64,000 nt of DNA from the human T2T-CHM13v2.0 reference genome, Homo sapiens (GCF_009914755.1 NC_060930.1); one strand, 5' to 3'. Counted from the stretch's first letter, positions 48,126 through 61,214 are shown. Numbers and translations are program-made. Notes: generated by a model not told the origin, from the letters alone.

Positions 48126-51100
48126 GGCGTACGGCAGTGATGAAGGGGTGGAGGAGTGCAGAGGGGCTGGGAGACAGGACAGGCAGCTTAAGGATGTGGG
48201 CTGTAGAAGGAGGTGCAGGGAGGGGGAGCAAGCATGACACTCTGGGCTCCAGCCTGGGCAACTGGGTGGGAGGTTATGGAACATGGGAGGCGGGTCATTT
48301 CTGGGGCTGGAGCAGGGAAAGAAGAGATAATGCTAGGTTTATGCTCCCATTGCAGGAGAAGCCCCCTCCCTTGCAGACTTGGGTCCCACCTAACCATCCA
48401 GCCATCTGTCCAGCATAGCCAGAAGCATTGTGGCCTTCCTGTCCTTTCCTATAACTCCCATCCTCATCGGGAAGGTCCCCTCTAATGGCCACTGCTGTTC
48501 ATACAATCTGAGGAGGACGAGCAGCTGGCTTTGTGCTGACACAGTGGTGCCAGCAAGGAGAGGGGCCTCTGGAGGCTGGTGCAGGCTGCAGTAGGGGGAG
48601 GGAGGGGTGGAGAGTTGCCCTACCTTAGACCTGTCCCCCTCTGCCCAGGCCTGGCTAGCCAGCCCCTTCGTGGTCTCCATGGCAGATGCTTGGCCGTGAA
48701 TGTAGCTGGGGAGGCTGCCAACCCCATATCACCACCGAGCACCCTCAGAGGGGCCGCGCCCAGCAGCCAGGAGCAGGGTGGAAACATTATCTCAGTTCTG
48801 TCCCAGGCAAGCTGAGAGTTAGAGGACCAATGACATACGCACTGGAACAAACAGGCCAGGCGGGAGAAGCCACTAGAGAGACAGTGAAGAGTGCAGGGAG
48901 GCAGACTCCAAGTCCTTCCTTCAAAGGCATGGGGCCGCGTCGCTAGAGAGACACAACTAGAGTCAGAGAGGACTGTGCAGCCGGAAGGAAAGAGAGAGAG
49001 AAGAGGAGGGGACAGGAAAAGTGTGTATGCCATAGTATGTTGAATAGAGGAGAGAAGAGAGGAGGAGGGGAAAAGAAGGGAGGATGAGAAGGATTGGGAT
49101 TCTCACATGGAACCTGCCAGCAGCAAGGCACTCTTGAGGTGCCCTGAAGGCATGGGGATTGGAGTGGGGAGAGGTTTAGAAAGGGCACTGACACTCCCTT
49201 CCCAGACAGGATCTCAGAGTCCCAGGCACCTGTAAGCTGAGGCTGGGGGCTGGAGGAGCCAGAGAGAGGGGGCTTCTTTGACAATTTGAAACAAAATGTG
49301 CAGAGCTTTCTAATACTAACAGCCTGTTATTAAAATCAAGTGCTATTTTGCAAAATGCATTTGCCAGAGAATCACTAATTACAGGCAAGGCACATTTCTG
49401 TATGTTGGTGCCGATTAATCCTGAACGGTTTAAGCAGTCGGATTTTATACATATAATTATCACTCAAGATTCACTAAACAGCAACAAGATGCTCTGGGCT
49501 CTGCCCTTGAGGGACTGTGTGGCAGGGAGGGGAGGAGGCAGGGAGGTGTCCAGACAAGGAGGTTCTAGCTCAGGCTGGGCTGTACTGTATCACGTGCTGG
49601 CAATGTCACCTTGACCCACCTCCTCTTATCAATCTCCTACATCTTGGAATAGAACAGAATAAAGACACCGATGAAAAGGGAGGGGTGGGAGAAGCTGAAC
49701 ACAGACCACAGGGGGAGCTGCTAGCAGTGCTGCACCCCTTCCCAAACATGGCCGCTTTTTGAGACTGAACTAGCTGTGGGCTTTGAAGCAAAAGGTATGC
49801 TCCATTCTTCCATGATCTTGGATTTTCATTGGTGGAATGGGCTGGCTGAAGAGTTTCTCAAGGATTAAGGCCATGCCTCCAAGACCAGAAGGAAGACAGG
49901 GAGTCTTTATGGGGTACTATGGTGCTGCTCAGCCAGAGAGGATGGGTCCTCACAGAGCCAGACGTTGTATGTGGTGCTGCCAGCTGCAAGGCATACTGGG
50001 AGGTCCTGCTGGGAAGAGGTGGCAGGGAGCTGGGGCAAGCTTGCACCAGTGCAGGGCAAAACATGGAAAAACTAAATGGCGATGTGGGACCGAAGGCCTA
50101 CTGACTGCCATTCTGGGAGGAGGGACAAATTCAGATAAAAGTCAGGCTCAGCCTAGAGGGTGCCCAGGAAGGTGGACAACAGCAAGGAAGTTGGGGTATT
50201 TGAGTGGGACCCCATGGAGTGAGAAGGCTGAGCATCCAGCCAATTTTGCAAGAAGAAAAGGCCCAGAGCCCCAGCCCACTACCCAAGGCACAGGCTTGCC
50301 CCAATCTCAAGGGAAGCTGGAGGGTGGTATGAGGGTGTGGATTCCTGGGGGAAGTGGGTAGGTGAGGCAGAGAGGTTCCTGTCTGCACACAGCTCTAAGA
50401 GGACAACTGCTCTCTGCACCTCCCTCATCTCCTGCCCCTAACAACAGGTGACCAGCTTTCCCAAAGGTAGCTGGGATGGAACCAGCAAGCAGGGGCTAGC
50501 GAGGGGACCGTATAAATTTTGCTGTTTCCCACCTGCACCAGAATTCCAGGGCCCTGGCCTGCCCCCTACTCCAGAGCCCCTTCCTATGGAGGAATCCTGG
50601 GAGCACAACAGTTTGAAAAGCACTAGCTTAGAACCAGGCAGCTGCATCTATGTGGGACCCCACAGGGGTTTCAAAGAAAAAAGAGGGAATCAGGGATGAC
50701 AGCCACTCATGCCTTCCCTGAGCCTGTGTCATGTTTGTGACTCTGTCCTCTGTATGATGGGCAGAAACTGGGGCTGAGTGTAAGGTGCAGGGCCTGCAGT
50801 GGATGTGAATGCACCTGTCTGGAAGATGAGTGTGTAATAAGGGAAGGAGAGACACACAGGCACTGGGCCAAGTTAGCAAATCTGCCATCAGAATGGCGTT
50901 AGGGAGACTGAGTGTGCAAACATGCACTGTGACGCAAGGTGTCTCAGTAGGTGTGAGCTTTCCTTTTGTTACCATGGTCCTGTTGCTTCAGGGGCTCAAG
51001 GGGCCATTTGAAGCCCAGAGGAACAACAGACTATGTGTCACTGGGCCAAATGAGATAACACCTGTGAAGGTCCTTGCCACACAGCAGGTGCTCAATAAAT

Positions 51101-52774
51101 GCTCAATGCATGGTGAATTTGAACCCCTCCTTGTCCTCCTTCTGGAGGACTCTGGCCTCCAGTTTTGCTCTTGCAGACAGGCCCCTTGATGCATCGCCCA
51201 CCTAACTCAGCAAGAGTGGGTTTCACGCAAAATGGGGCACACCCCACCCACGCCCCACCATGCCCTAACCATGGGCCTCAGACCCATTGATCAAAGTGGT
51301 GAAGGATAATTTAATCATAAAGCCAACTCTCTTTTGTTTGGTTGGTTTTTAGTGCTTTAGGACCCTAAAGCATCTTTAAGTGATTTTTTTTTTTTTTTTT
51401 TTTTTACCAATAGCCCTATGAAGAAGGCATAACAAGACTTTACCACAGAGGCTACGAATAATACCTTTGATCCACTGAGCACCTACTCTGTGCCAGCCCC
51501 TGGGCAGGAACTGGCATGCATGGGCATGTATGATTGCACCAGAAATAAGTTCTATCATTGGCCCTGTTTACTCATGAACACATGAAGCTTGCTATGAAAG
51601 TTTAAGACACCCAAGGCCACAAGGCAGTCCCGTGGCCATGCCAAACCAGCCTGCAGCAGAGCAGGAATGCCAACCCCAGGTCTGTGCTTGAGCTCCTGTA
51701 CCTCTGTCTCTGTGGCAGCACGAACAGGTGAGTTGACTGGCCCAAGGACAGAGAGATGATTAGACACAACCTGAGGCTCAAAGCTGGGTCTTCCCAGGGC
51801 CAGTACTCTTCCAACTGCCATCCAACTGTGTCTGCATAGAAGGGCAGGGGGAGGGGCTGGGGAGGCCAGCCCAAGCTGCATGGCACTTCCCAGCAGTTGC
51901 AGGAAAATTAAATGTGGTTTTCCTCATCATCGTGAACAACAGGGGTACAGGAAAACTGGGGGATAATGTCCCCATTAGCCTGTTTTCTTAGCACACAGAG
52001 GGAGAGATTTTAAAAATAAAATAAAACTACATCCCAATTTGATGCCCTAACCTACCAAAACAAAACACATGCGGATTTTAAAATGTAGAAAAATCCCATC
52101 AGAGTCAATTCAGTTATCCCCCTGCCTCTAACAGGTGTCCCATAACCAGGACAGATCACCGGGATGCCTGCCTGCCCTGATAACTGATGTTGAAGGTCAG
52201 CCACCTCCCCGTACCCGGACTTACTGCTTCCCCACCCCCGACCCGCCACGCCTCTAACACACACTGACACATACTGACACACACACTCTCTCTCACTCAC
52301 ACACACACCCCTGCAGCCCTCATCTCTTGTCTCTCTTGGGCTGTGAAGTAGGTAAAGCTTGGCCTCTGGGGTCCCGTTTTTGTACCTTTTCCATCTTTCT
52401 TGGAGGCCTGGCTCACGCAGGCAGGGGGCCGAGGCGCTCCTTCTCACTCACTCTGTTGGCAACCCAACCAGCCTTTAAACTGTGTCTTTTCATGTATAAC
52501 AAAAGACCTTTCTTTTTGTCTTTAAAGGAACTTGGGGGGCCAAAGGGATGGTGGTCAATATGCCCAGGAGAGAGGGGCCCTCCAGGTGCCCTGAAATCAG
52601 GCCATGACAGAAGCTTATAGAAAACTGGATCCTAATAGTAACAACTCATTCTTATCCTGAACCTCCACCCCCTGACCTCCAACCCTTGCCTCAGGAAACT
52701 GAGTCAGGGGTCAGTGATTCTAGAAGCTCCATACCCTGCTCCTTTATTTCCTGTTAGAAAGAACCACTAGGGCA

Positions 52775-52945
52775 TCGTGGCAAAGGTAATGAGCTTGGAG
52801 TAAGGAGAACTCGGTTCTAGTCTTGGCACTGAAGCTACATTGCTGTGTGACTTTAGGAGAGTCACTTCCCCTCTCTGAACTTCAGCTCATCATCTATAAA
52901 ATACAAAGTGGGCATAGATGGATTTGAAGATTTTCCAGTCCTGGC
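52775..52945 (+). mobile_element. MIR3
   Basis: cttggagtaaggagaactcggttctagtcttggc...tgctgtgtgactttagg...cttcagctcatcatctataaaat. Confidence 0.75.
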
Positions 52946-53213
52946 CACCTCATTTCTGATTCTGTGACAAGGCAGTGTCCCCACCTGGCCCTGGCTCTGC
53001 TGTCCCCCTCTGGGGCCATGCTGGTGATTCCAGGAGGGGAGCAGGACACAGGAGCATTCCATAGGCCACTCCCTTGCTCGCCCCTGGCTGGAGCAGTCTC
53101 AGAAATCACCCCAGAAAGCAAGGGCGGCCCTGCTGCAGGCTGGCTCTACTAGGCAAATTACAGCCTCTCAAGGGTGCATATGACAAATGACAACTAAATG
53201 GTTTGCTTTCCCT

Positions 53214-53221
53214 ATGCAAAT
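53214..53221 (+). promoter_or_regulatory. POU octamer within an AT-rich motif cluster
   Basis: TATGCAAATGA, with octamer variants at 53242, 53373 and 53406. Confidence 0.45.
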
Positions 53222-53919
53222 GAAGCTGCCAATTTACATTCATTTGCACCTGATGGGTGCCTGAAATGGATGGATTTGATTTGTGCCTGATCTGTAAGTG
53301 TCTAATTTATTAATCAATGAAACGTCATGTACAGACTTGAGGATCCCCAGTTCCAGCCGGCCTCCCATATATATGTAAATAATGCAATCTCTCAATCTAC
53401 TTGTTATGTAAATGTTAATATAAAACTGACAGAAATATGCATCTGCAGAACTTTATGAGCAAAGAGAACTGAGATTTACACATGCTCCGAGCCCACCCTT
53501 TGCCCCTCAGTTCCTGTGGTGCCTCCTTCCTCTTGCCATACTTTCTTCTTACTTTCCCCTTAGGTCAGTTGACCCATCTCACCTCCTCCAGGAAGCCTCG
53601 CTGCTCCAGCCCTCCCACACTGCCAGGCCTCCAACCACCAGCCCTGGCTCTTACAACCTGGACAATCTTGCTTTTTTCTGGCCCTGGAACTTTGCCCGCA
53701 AGACCACGTAAGACACAGTCTTCCCCCAAGTTCTCCCCTTTCCATTTCTGTGCTGAAATGAACCCCCCTCAGAGGGCCAGCTACACGTCACCATCTTTAG
53801 CAAATACACACTGAACACGAAGGCACGAGATCGGTGCTGGGAAGAGGGAGAGAGAAAATGTTCCTGTTCTCAAGATTTTCCTGGTTTAATAGCAGTAGTG
53901 TTTCCTCGGCTATGTGCAG

Positions 53920-54090
53920 GGCACAGTTCTGAGCACTGCTTATGGGCTGACTGCTTAATTTGCACAATAATCTCTGCAACAAGAGTGCTACTGCTGTCCC
54001 CATTCCACAGAGGACAAAAACAAGGCTTCTTTTATCAGCTAGCAGAACCGGGGTTGAATCCAGCCAGCGTGCTCCGCAGCTAGTCACAAC
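53920..54090 (-). mobile_element. MIR
   Basis: ggcacagttctgagcactgctt...gtccccattccacagagg...gctagcagaaccggggttgaatccag. Confidence 0.6.
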
Positions 54091-55764
54091 ACTACAGTTT
54101 GGCCTTTACCCAGTGAGCAAAAAGGTCATTTCAAGCAATGGTGTGTGTATGCGTCACCATTCCAAGTGCCAAATTCAGTCTCTTCTATAGTTTTCCTTGA
54201 AGAGGCCACAGAACAAACCTTAGCAAAGACAGAAAATGACAACTTTTGCCTCCTCCCAGTTCTGATCTGCCCTGTACTGGTTTCCTAGCTTATGCTCCCA
54301 GGAAGGCGTGACCTTACCTGGATCTTGTGAATGAGCACCTGTCTTTAGCACACCAGTTCTCCACACCTGCATGACGTTCTCTCCCCTGCCCTGGAGCTCT
54401 GGGGGTTCCACCATGGCAGCATTCTCCATATCTGACTCCCACTCTCTGTCCACTGTGAGGGCTAGGCCAGCTCTTCCCCAAGAGCTCAGCAATGTGCCCA
54501 GCACTCTGCAGACCTGTGTGGCCAGTGGGTGGCTTCCTTTTGGATGTGGCCATCCGGTCCCTCCCCACTCAAACTCCTCCTGCATCTCTTGTCCCTGCAC
54601 ACCCACCACCTCATTAACCCAAGCCTCAGGAACCACCCTTAGCCCACATTTTAAGATGAAAAGTTTGAGATCTGGGGAAGTGAAGCCAAGCTCACAGCAT
54701 CACATACCTGGGAGACGGTGCAGCCAGATTCAAAGCCAGGTCTGCCTGGCTCCTGGGATCATTCCTTTGGGCAGGACTGATCATTGCCTGAACTGGGTGA
54801 CCTCAAAGGGACTCAGTAGGACTAAAAGGTTGCACTGAGGGCATAAATATGGATTTGTCATCAGGATCTCAGTGAGACAAGGCCGTAACTCCAATGTGGC
54901 TAAGGGAAGGGCCCCTAAATGTGAGACCAGTGATATCGAATAGCAGCATTTCTAGAAATTCCTTTGGAAGAGTGGCATTTCACTCATCCTTGAAAGTAAA
55001 ATGGAAATTGATCTTCTTTGCACTGGAGAGCTATTTTCCAGAAGCTACCTGAAGGAAGGCCTAGAGCTGCAGACAGCCTGAGCCTCCTCTTCCAGGGCCT
55101 TCTCTAACAATGCATTCCAGGACAGCCAAAGTCATGCCAGAGAAAGAAAAATGAAAAGGGACAAGGCAAGGACTAATGTTCAATGATGCTTACTCTGCAC
55201 CAGGGGCTTGGTAGATTTTATTTTATTCAATTGACCCTGTAGCCTATGATGTGACATACACAGTGAGACAAGATATTTACCTAAAGCTACACAGACAGCA
55301 AGGGGTCGGACCAGAATTTCAGTTCAGATCTTTCTGACCACAAAACCTGGATTCTTTCTAGGACCTCAAAGTCTCCAGTCATGGAAGGAAGAGACCTGGA
55401 GCCACTGTAGATGATATGTCAGCCTGAAATATAAGAAGGAAGCTAGATTTTAAATCATTGAGAAAGAGAGCCAATATACACTTGGCTAAAGATAGAGTGA
55501 TTATGTGAGTGATTAAGGAGAAAGGTACCATAGTATATTTGACCAGGGCTTGAAAATCATATGACATAAATTATTTTACTCATTAATGATCAGTTAATGA
55601 TGCTGTTTTTAAAATAATTAAAGCAAGAGCACCTTAAGGCATTTGAAACTACGTGCTTATGTTCTAAATTTGGGGCCAAGTTCAGTTTGTAGTTTGGGTC
55701 ATATAGAGGAGACAGAGGAACCTCCTGCTGCCAGACATAACAATAATCATAGCTATAATAGCTA

Positions 55765-55975
55765 TTATCATATGTGTTACTAACTGAAAATGTCTTAAAC
55801 ACACAAACTCATGTAATCCTACAAAGTGACTGTTATTATTCCCATTTATGGAGGAGAAAATGGAGTCTCAGAGAGGTTAAGTAAACTGCCCAAGGTCACA
55901 ACGCTGATTAAGGCCAGAGTGGGAATTCAAACCCAGGTTTCTTCCGCCAGAGGTTAAACACTTAACACCTACAGC
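55765..55975 (-). mobile_element. MIR
   Basis: ttattattcccatttatggaggagaaaatggagtctcagagaggttaagtaaactgcccaaggtcaca...ggaattcaaacccagg. Confidence 0.85.
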
Positions 55976-56440
55976 ATATCCTAGTTTTTACAAAAGAGCT
56001 ATCTTAAAGCTTCAATTTTCTGTTGTCAACCTTTGAACTCTAACAAGGTTAAAATCACATGTCCTCCCTAACTCCAGCCCTTTGTCCCCACTGGCGGCCT
56101 GCCGAAGTGGAGCTGCATAGCTGGGTGAGGGCAACCAGACTGAACACAGGAATGCCTGGATTCTCAGACACTGTAGATGCCCATGGGAAGAGGGAGCACT
56201 CAACAGAGTCGCTCGATGAGAGGCACACCTTCTCCCAGCTCTTTAACATGAGGAGGAGGCTGAACCAGCTGACCCTAAAGCCCTCCAGTGCTTAGGTCCT
56301 GATGCCTCTGGCCTGCCCTGCCACGGCTGTCCTTGTGGAGCTAAGGTGGACCCTCTTAGCTAAGGGAGTCAAAGTGGAGGGAGTCAAAGCCAGTGACTCG
56401 GCTCCTTCCATAGGCTAAGGGCTCCAGGCTCAGACTAATA

Positions 56441-56630
56441 CAGATGCTTTTTGACTTCCGATGAGGTTACATAAGTTGAATGTTTACAATACTTTCAACT
56501 TACGATGGGTTTAGGTTTTTCTGGACATCACTAGATCATAAGTCTAGGAGTGTACTGAATGCTAATTGCCTTCGCATCATTGTAAAGTCAGAAATCCTAA
56601 GTTGAAACATCCTAAGTTGGGGACTGTCTA
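56441..56630 (+). mobile_element. MER47-type (Tigger) DNA transposon, internally rearranged, TA TSD
   Basis: TA|cagatgctttttgacttccgatgaggttac...ttcgcatcattgtaaagtcag...cctaagttggggactgtcta|TA. Confidence 0.8.
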
Positions 56631-57511
56631 TATTCCTTCTTTCTCCCTTTCTAGGGCACAGAGGATATTCTGGGCTTTCTGATCTTCACCCCGGGTCCCC
56701 ATGGATTCTCCAAGAAGCCTTTTAGATTGGTTGCTCCAACTAGTCCCACTGCTAGCCCCATTCCTGCCACCCCAGGACACATTCTGGGCTCAGTTTATTT
56801 ACACGTTTGGGGAAGGCACTGCCTGGGTGGCTCCTGCTTCTCTAGCAGGCAGGGGCTCCCCACAGACTCACACACACTAATTTGTCCTGATCCTCCCTAT
56901 TGCCCTTTTCTATTTTCCAGGCCTCAGGGTGGAAAATGAAAGATGCTTAAGGTCACTGCCCCTCCTGTTCTGTACACAAGCCTAAGCTCGGGAGGAAATA
57001 ATTTGAGGTATCTGGAAGAAGCAGAGAGAGCAGGGCAGCTCTGAAGTCACTGCGAGGCTGTGAGAGGTCAGCCAGCGCTTCAAAGGACCCCAGGACCTTT
57101 GCATAACCCTGGACTGAATGGGAAGGGAAAGTCCCAGTCATGACAGAAACGGAATTTCCCACCAACTCAGTAGGAGGTTTGGGGTTCAGGGTCAGTTTCA
57201 TGGCAGTGCAAACAAAATAAAGAAAATGTGATATTTATTGCTTACTTAAATTTGTGGACCAAACTGCCTACCATGCTATCCACACTGTTTCCTGCAGGTG
57301 GTCAATGTGGGCTTAAGGGAAAAGTAACTCATCTTAATATTTGCTTAAATCAAATGGAATATAGAAAGTAAATAAATCTGCTGCCAAGCCATCAAGTAGG
57401 GCATTCTAAACCCAAAATAAAGAGCCTATGGACTGTCTGTGGATTTAGATTATGCATAGTTTTCTGCCACCACTCCCTGTATTCAAATCAATAGTCACAT
57501 TTCATTGCAGA

Positions 57512-57742
57512 CACTTGGAGCTGTCTGGGTTCAAATCCCAGCTCTGTTGCTTATTAGCTGAGACACTTCAGCCAAGGTACTGACACTCTCTGTGCCTCAA
57601 TTTCCCCAGCCATTAAGTAGGAGTCATAATTGCATAACCCCCACAGGGTGGATGTGACAATTCAACCGGATCACAAAAGTGCATGCTCAGCCTAGTGCCT
57701 GGCACACTGTAAGGATCAATAAACAGGAGCTATTATTATTAT
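57512..57742 (+). mobile_element. MIR, near full length
   Basis: ctgggttcaaatcccagctctgttgcttattagctg...ctctgtgcctcaatttcc...agtgcctggcacactgtaagg...gctattattatt. Confidence 0.88.
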
Positions 57743-58824
57743 GCTAATTTGAAGGATTCTTGTTTTTAAACGTCCTCATTTCACATTGCAGATACCCAAA
57801 TAGAAACACAGATTTTCATTTGCTTACAAACCTTCCACTTTTCTCCAGCTAGAAGTTACAGGTGGCCCCTATGGGTGAATGTGTTAGGTAACACTCACAC
57901 TTTAAGCAAGGGGAAATGCAGGCCCAGAGAGAGTCGTCGCAGAAGGAATGAAGCAGAGACAGACGCCCTCTCTTTGCAATGCCTGCTGTCTGTTCCACCC
58001 ATCCTCTGGACTCTGTGCCACCCAAGCATACAGGCCTGCTCGGGGAAACCTCATTCTTCTCTACTTTCCCCTGTGGCTTAGAAAGATAGAAGGTGAAGTC
58101 TAACAGGGAAGAATGCTCTACATTCAGATCAGGGCAATCAATTGCACAGGCCTGGGATAGGAAAGTCTTGGCTCACACGCAGTTCCAGAAATGAACAAGG
58201 GCCCAAGTTATGGTAAGCGTGAATGGTGAGGTTCAGGATAGGAAAGAGTAACTGAATAGTAGCTCATTGAGACAGAAAAGACATGGAAGAAAGCCATAAC
58301 AGCAGCAGTGGTGGTGATTGTCAAAATGACCATGCTTGGCCTCTCTGCAACATATGGCCCTGTTGGCCATGATCTCTATAACGCTCTGTTCTTCCTGAGT
58401 TTGTCCTCTCTCTGATCACCCCTTTCCCAACTTCCTCAGAGGATTGCCCCTCTGCTTGCCCCTGAACCCTGGTTCTCCCCAGGACCCGTCACCCCCAGCA
58501 CCCATTGCTCTCTTCACTCTCCACACTCCACGTGGGGGACCTGCCCCCTGCTCCACAATGCCCGCTCTACTGATGGCCCTCAGTTCTATGCTTCTACCAG
58601 GCCTGGTCCAAGCTCCTCACACTCACTTCGGAGTGCCAAGTTCACACCTGCCCTTGACTGTCTAACAGGCACCTTGGCCTCATCCAAAGCAAATTCTTTG
58701 CTGCTTCATATGCTGCTTCTCCCTTTGCCTTCCTGGTCTGGGTAACTAACTGTCAACACTGTTTGCCTGTCTGCACCAAGCGACAATCCTTGGAGCCATT
58801 TTTGGAAGGGAGAAAGGGAACATT

Positions 58825-59545
58825 TAAAAAAGCATGTTTGTTGAAATACCAGATGCATCCAAAAAAGCATGCATATTATAAGCTCAATAAATTTGCACCA
58901 AATAAACAGACCATGTAACCAGCACTCAGATAGAGAAACAGAACAAAACTCATCCCTCATGCTCCTTCTGGTTGCTCCCCGAACTGGGCAACTGCTTTTC
59001 TGACTTCTAATACCACAGATAGGCCATCTGATTTGTAATTTACATAAATGGAATCCTACAATATTTAGTCTTTGATGCCTGGCTGTTTTCATATGTTCAT
59101 GAGATTCTCAAAGAACATGCAACATAACTTTCGGTTGTTCATGACTGTTGCTGTGTAGTATTTATTGATGTGAGCACATCATGATTGACTGCTTGTCTCC
59201 ATGGCTGATGAGCATTTCTGAGTCTCCAGTCCAGGCTATTATGAATGGTGCACTCTGAACGCCCAGGAACACATCTTGCCGGGGCATATGTTTACATTTC
59301 CGCTGTGTTTAGGAGGGTCACAAAGTATGCCTCAAGATAGCTGTAGTCAATTCTACCCAATGGTCTTCTGAGAGTGTCTGTCTCCCAGATCCTCCCTCCA
59401 GCAGTGGAGCAGAATTTCAGTTGCCCTTGGAGCTGTTTTTGATTCGTTGCCCCCTCCCTCCCTCTGCTAGCAGCATTTGTGGCTGTCTTATCTGTGTGCC
59501 AGTTTTTGTTTATGAGGCCGATTCCCATGGTCTTCAGTTCCTGCT
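58825..59545 (-). mobile_element. Old L1M (L1ME-like) 3' end
   Basis: ccatgtaaccagcactcagatagagaaacagaac...ttctgacttctaataccacagat...tacataaatggaatcctacaatat...ggctattatgaat. Confidence 0.8.
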
Positions 59546-60249
59546 GATTCTACTTATACAATAGTTTTTTTAATCCATAGCTTCTCCATCTCCACTACCA
59601 CTGCCCCCTCCTTATCTTCTGTGTGAGCTGTCACATACAAATGTCCTTCCCTACAAGCCTGTATTGGCCACTGTTCCCTATTCTATCATCTACATTCCAG
59701 TAAGATGCCCTGACACAACCCATCAGTGCCACTTTCTGTCCAAGAACCCCACTAGCCCCTGGCACCTAAAGCAGTCTCCGTGCTGGGATCTGTGAACATC
59801 TTGGAGGCAAGGGCAATCTCCCGAGTCTCCATGCAGGAATTCTTCAGGTGTCCGCACAGTTCCTGCATATATGGAAGCTCAGTTTGCATTCTAACCCCAC
59901 CTACCTTTCCAATCTCATCTCCTGAAGTTTGACTAGTGAACCCACACCAGGGACATCTGCACAGCACACAGCTGCAGGCTCTCTCAAGCCTTACCGTGGG
60001 CCCACTATGTATCAGGCAGTTGGAGCTGCCTTCCCCTTTGCCTGAAATTCTTTCTCCTGTGGAGACAGTTTTAGGCAGGTGGCAGTCTAGTCCTACTTGG
60101 GGTCATCATATCCCAGAGATGGCTAGAATGGACTTCCACACAGTATAGGAATATAATGGACCTAGTGGTCACACTCACCCATATAGTAATCACATGCCCC
60201 CTAATAGCTATTTGTTTTATATTTGTTCAATTTATATTTTACAAAACAA

Positions 60250-60430
60250 TGTCATGTGCTTTATCTTTTGATACAATAGCCCTATGAGATATGTAGTGGG
60301 ACACCATTATTCTCATTTCATAGATGAAGGCTCAGAGAAGTTAAGTCACCAACCCAAAGCCACACAGCCAGGAAGTGGCATAGTTGAAGATTAAATCCAA
60401 GTTGTCTGATGCAAAAACCATCCCACCTCC
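60250..60430 (-). mobile_element. MIR
   Basis: ctcatttcatagatgaaggctcagagaagttaagtcaccaacccaaagccacacagccaggaagtggc. Confidence 0.8.
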
Positions 60431-60464
60431 GCTGCCTCTGCCTGCCCTGCCTACGGAAATCCTG

Positions 60465-60715
60465 TACCTCCTCCAAGATGCCTCATCAGTTATTCCTTAC
60501 AAAGCAGTTCCGGATTTCCCAGTCAGAATTAATTAATCTCTCCTCCGTGCACTTTTTCTGAACTTTTATTATAGTAATTATAACAGCCTGACTTTTATTA
60601 TAATCATTATTTACATGTCTGCCTCTCCAACTGGGATGGGAGCTCATTAAGGGCGGAACCCTGTCAATTTTGTACCTTGAGCCCCCAGCAGGTGGGTACT
60701 GAACACAATACAATG
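60465..60715 (+). mobile_element. L2 3' end
   Basis: ttatttacatgtctgcctctccaactgggatgggagctcattaagggcggaaccctgtc. Confidence 0.6.
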
Positions 60716-60959
60716 ATAATAACAGCAAGACAATAATGAAGGCCTCCAGCCTTCAGGCTTCATCACATCCGTAGCTTAGTTCACCTGGACTATGGGTCAA
60801 GTACCAAGAAGTGACAGGCTGCCTGTGGTTGTAAAAATGCAACGGCCAACTGTAAGGTGTTAAGTGGCACAGTGTTAAATTCCCACAGGATGAGAACGTT
60901 TCCCAGGGCTTCTTGGGGTGTCTTGGTGAACATTTACTTGTTTTACCCATTGAGTATTT

Positions 60960-61080
60960 TATTTTGTTTTGTTTTCTCTCTGTCTGTCTCTATGTCTCTG
61001 CCTCTGTCTCTGTCTCTCTGTCTCTCTTTCTCTCTCTGTCTCTTTTTCTCTATCTCTTTAGTCTTTTCTTTTTCTTTCCC
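60960..61080. repeat. TC-rich low-complexity tract
   Basis: Imperfect (TC/TCTG)n. Confidence 0.85.
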
Positions 61081-61211
61081 TTGACTGGAAGAAATACAGA
61101 ACCAAAATACATTTTCTATTACTTTATGTACCAATTGAATTTTTAAAAATCTGTTCCCTGCTCTAAAAAGTATATGAGTGGGATGTTTTCTACTTTACTC
61201 CTCTCTTGCTC

Positions 61212-61214
<3 letters not shown>

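Noticed and set aside
52200-52440. Possible CpG-island promoter
   Set aside because: Only a handful of CpGs over a short span beside a CA-rich tract; does not look like an island.
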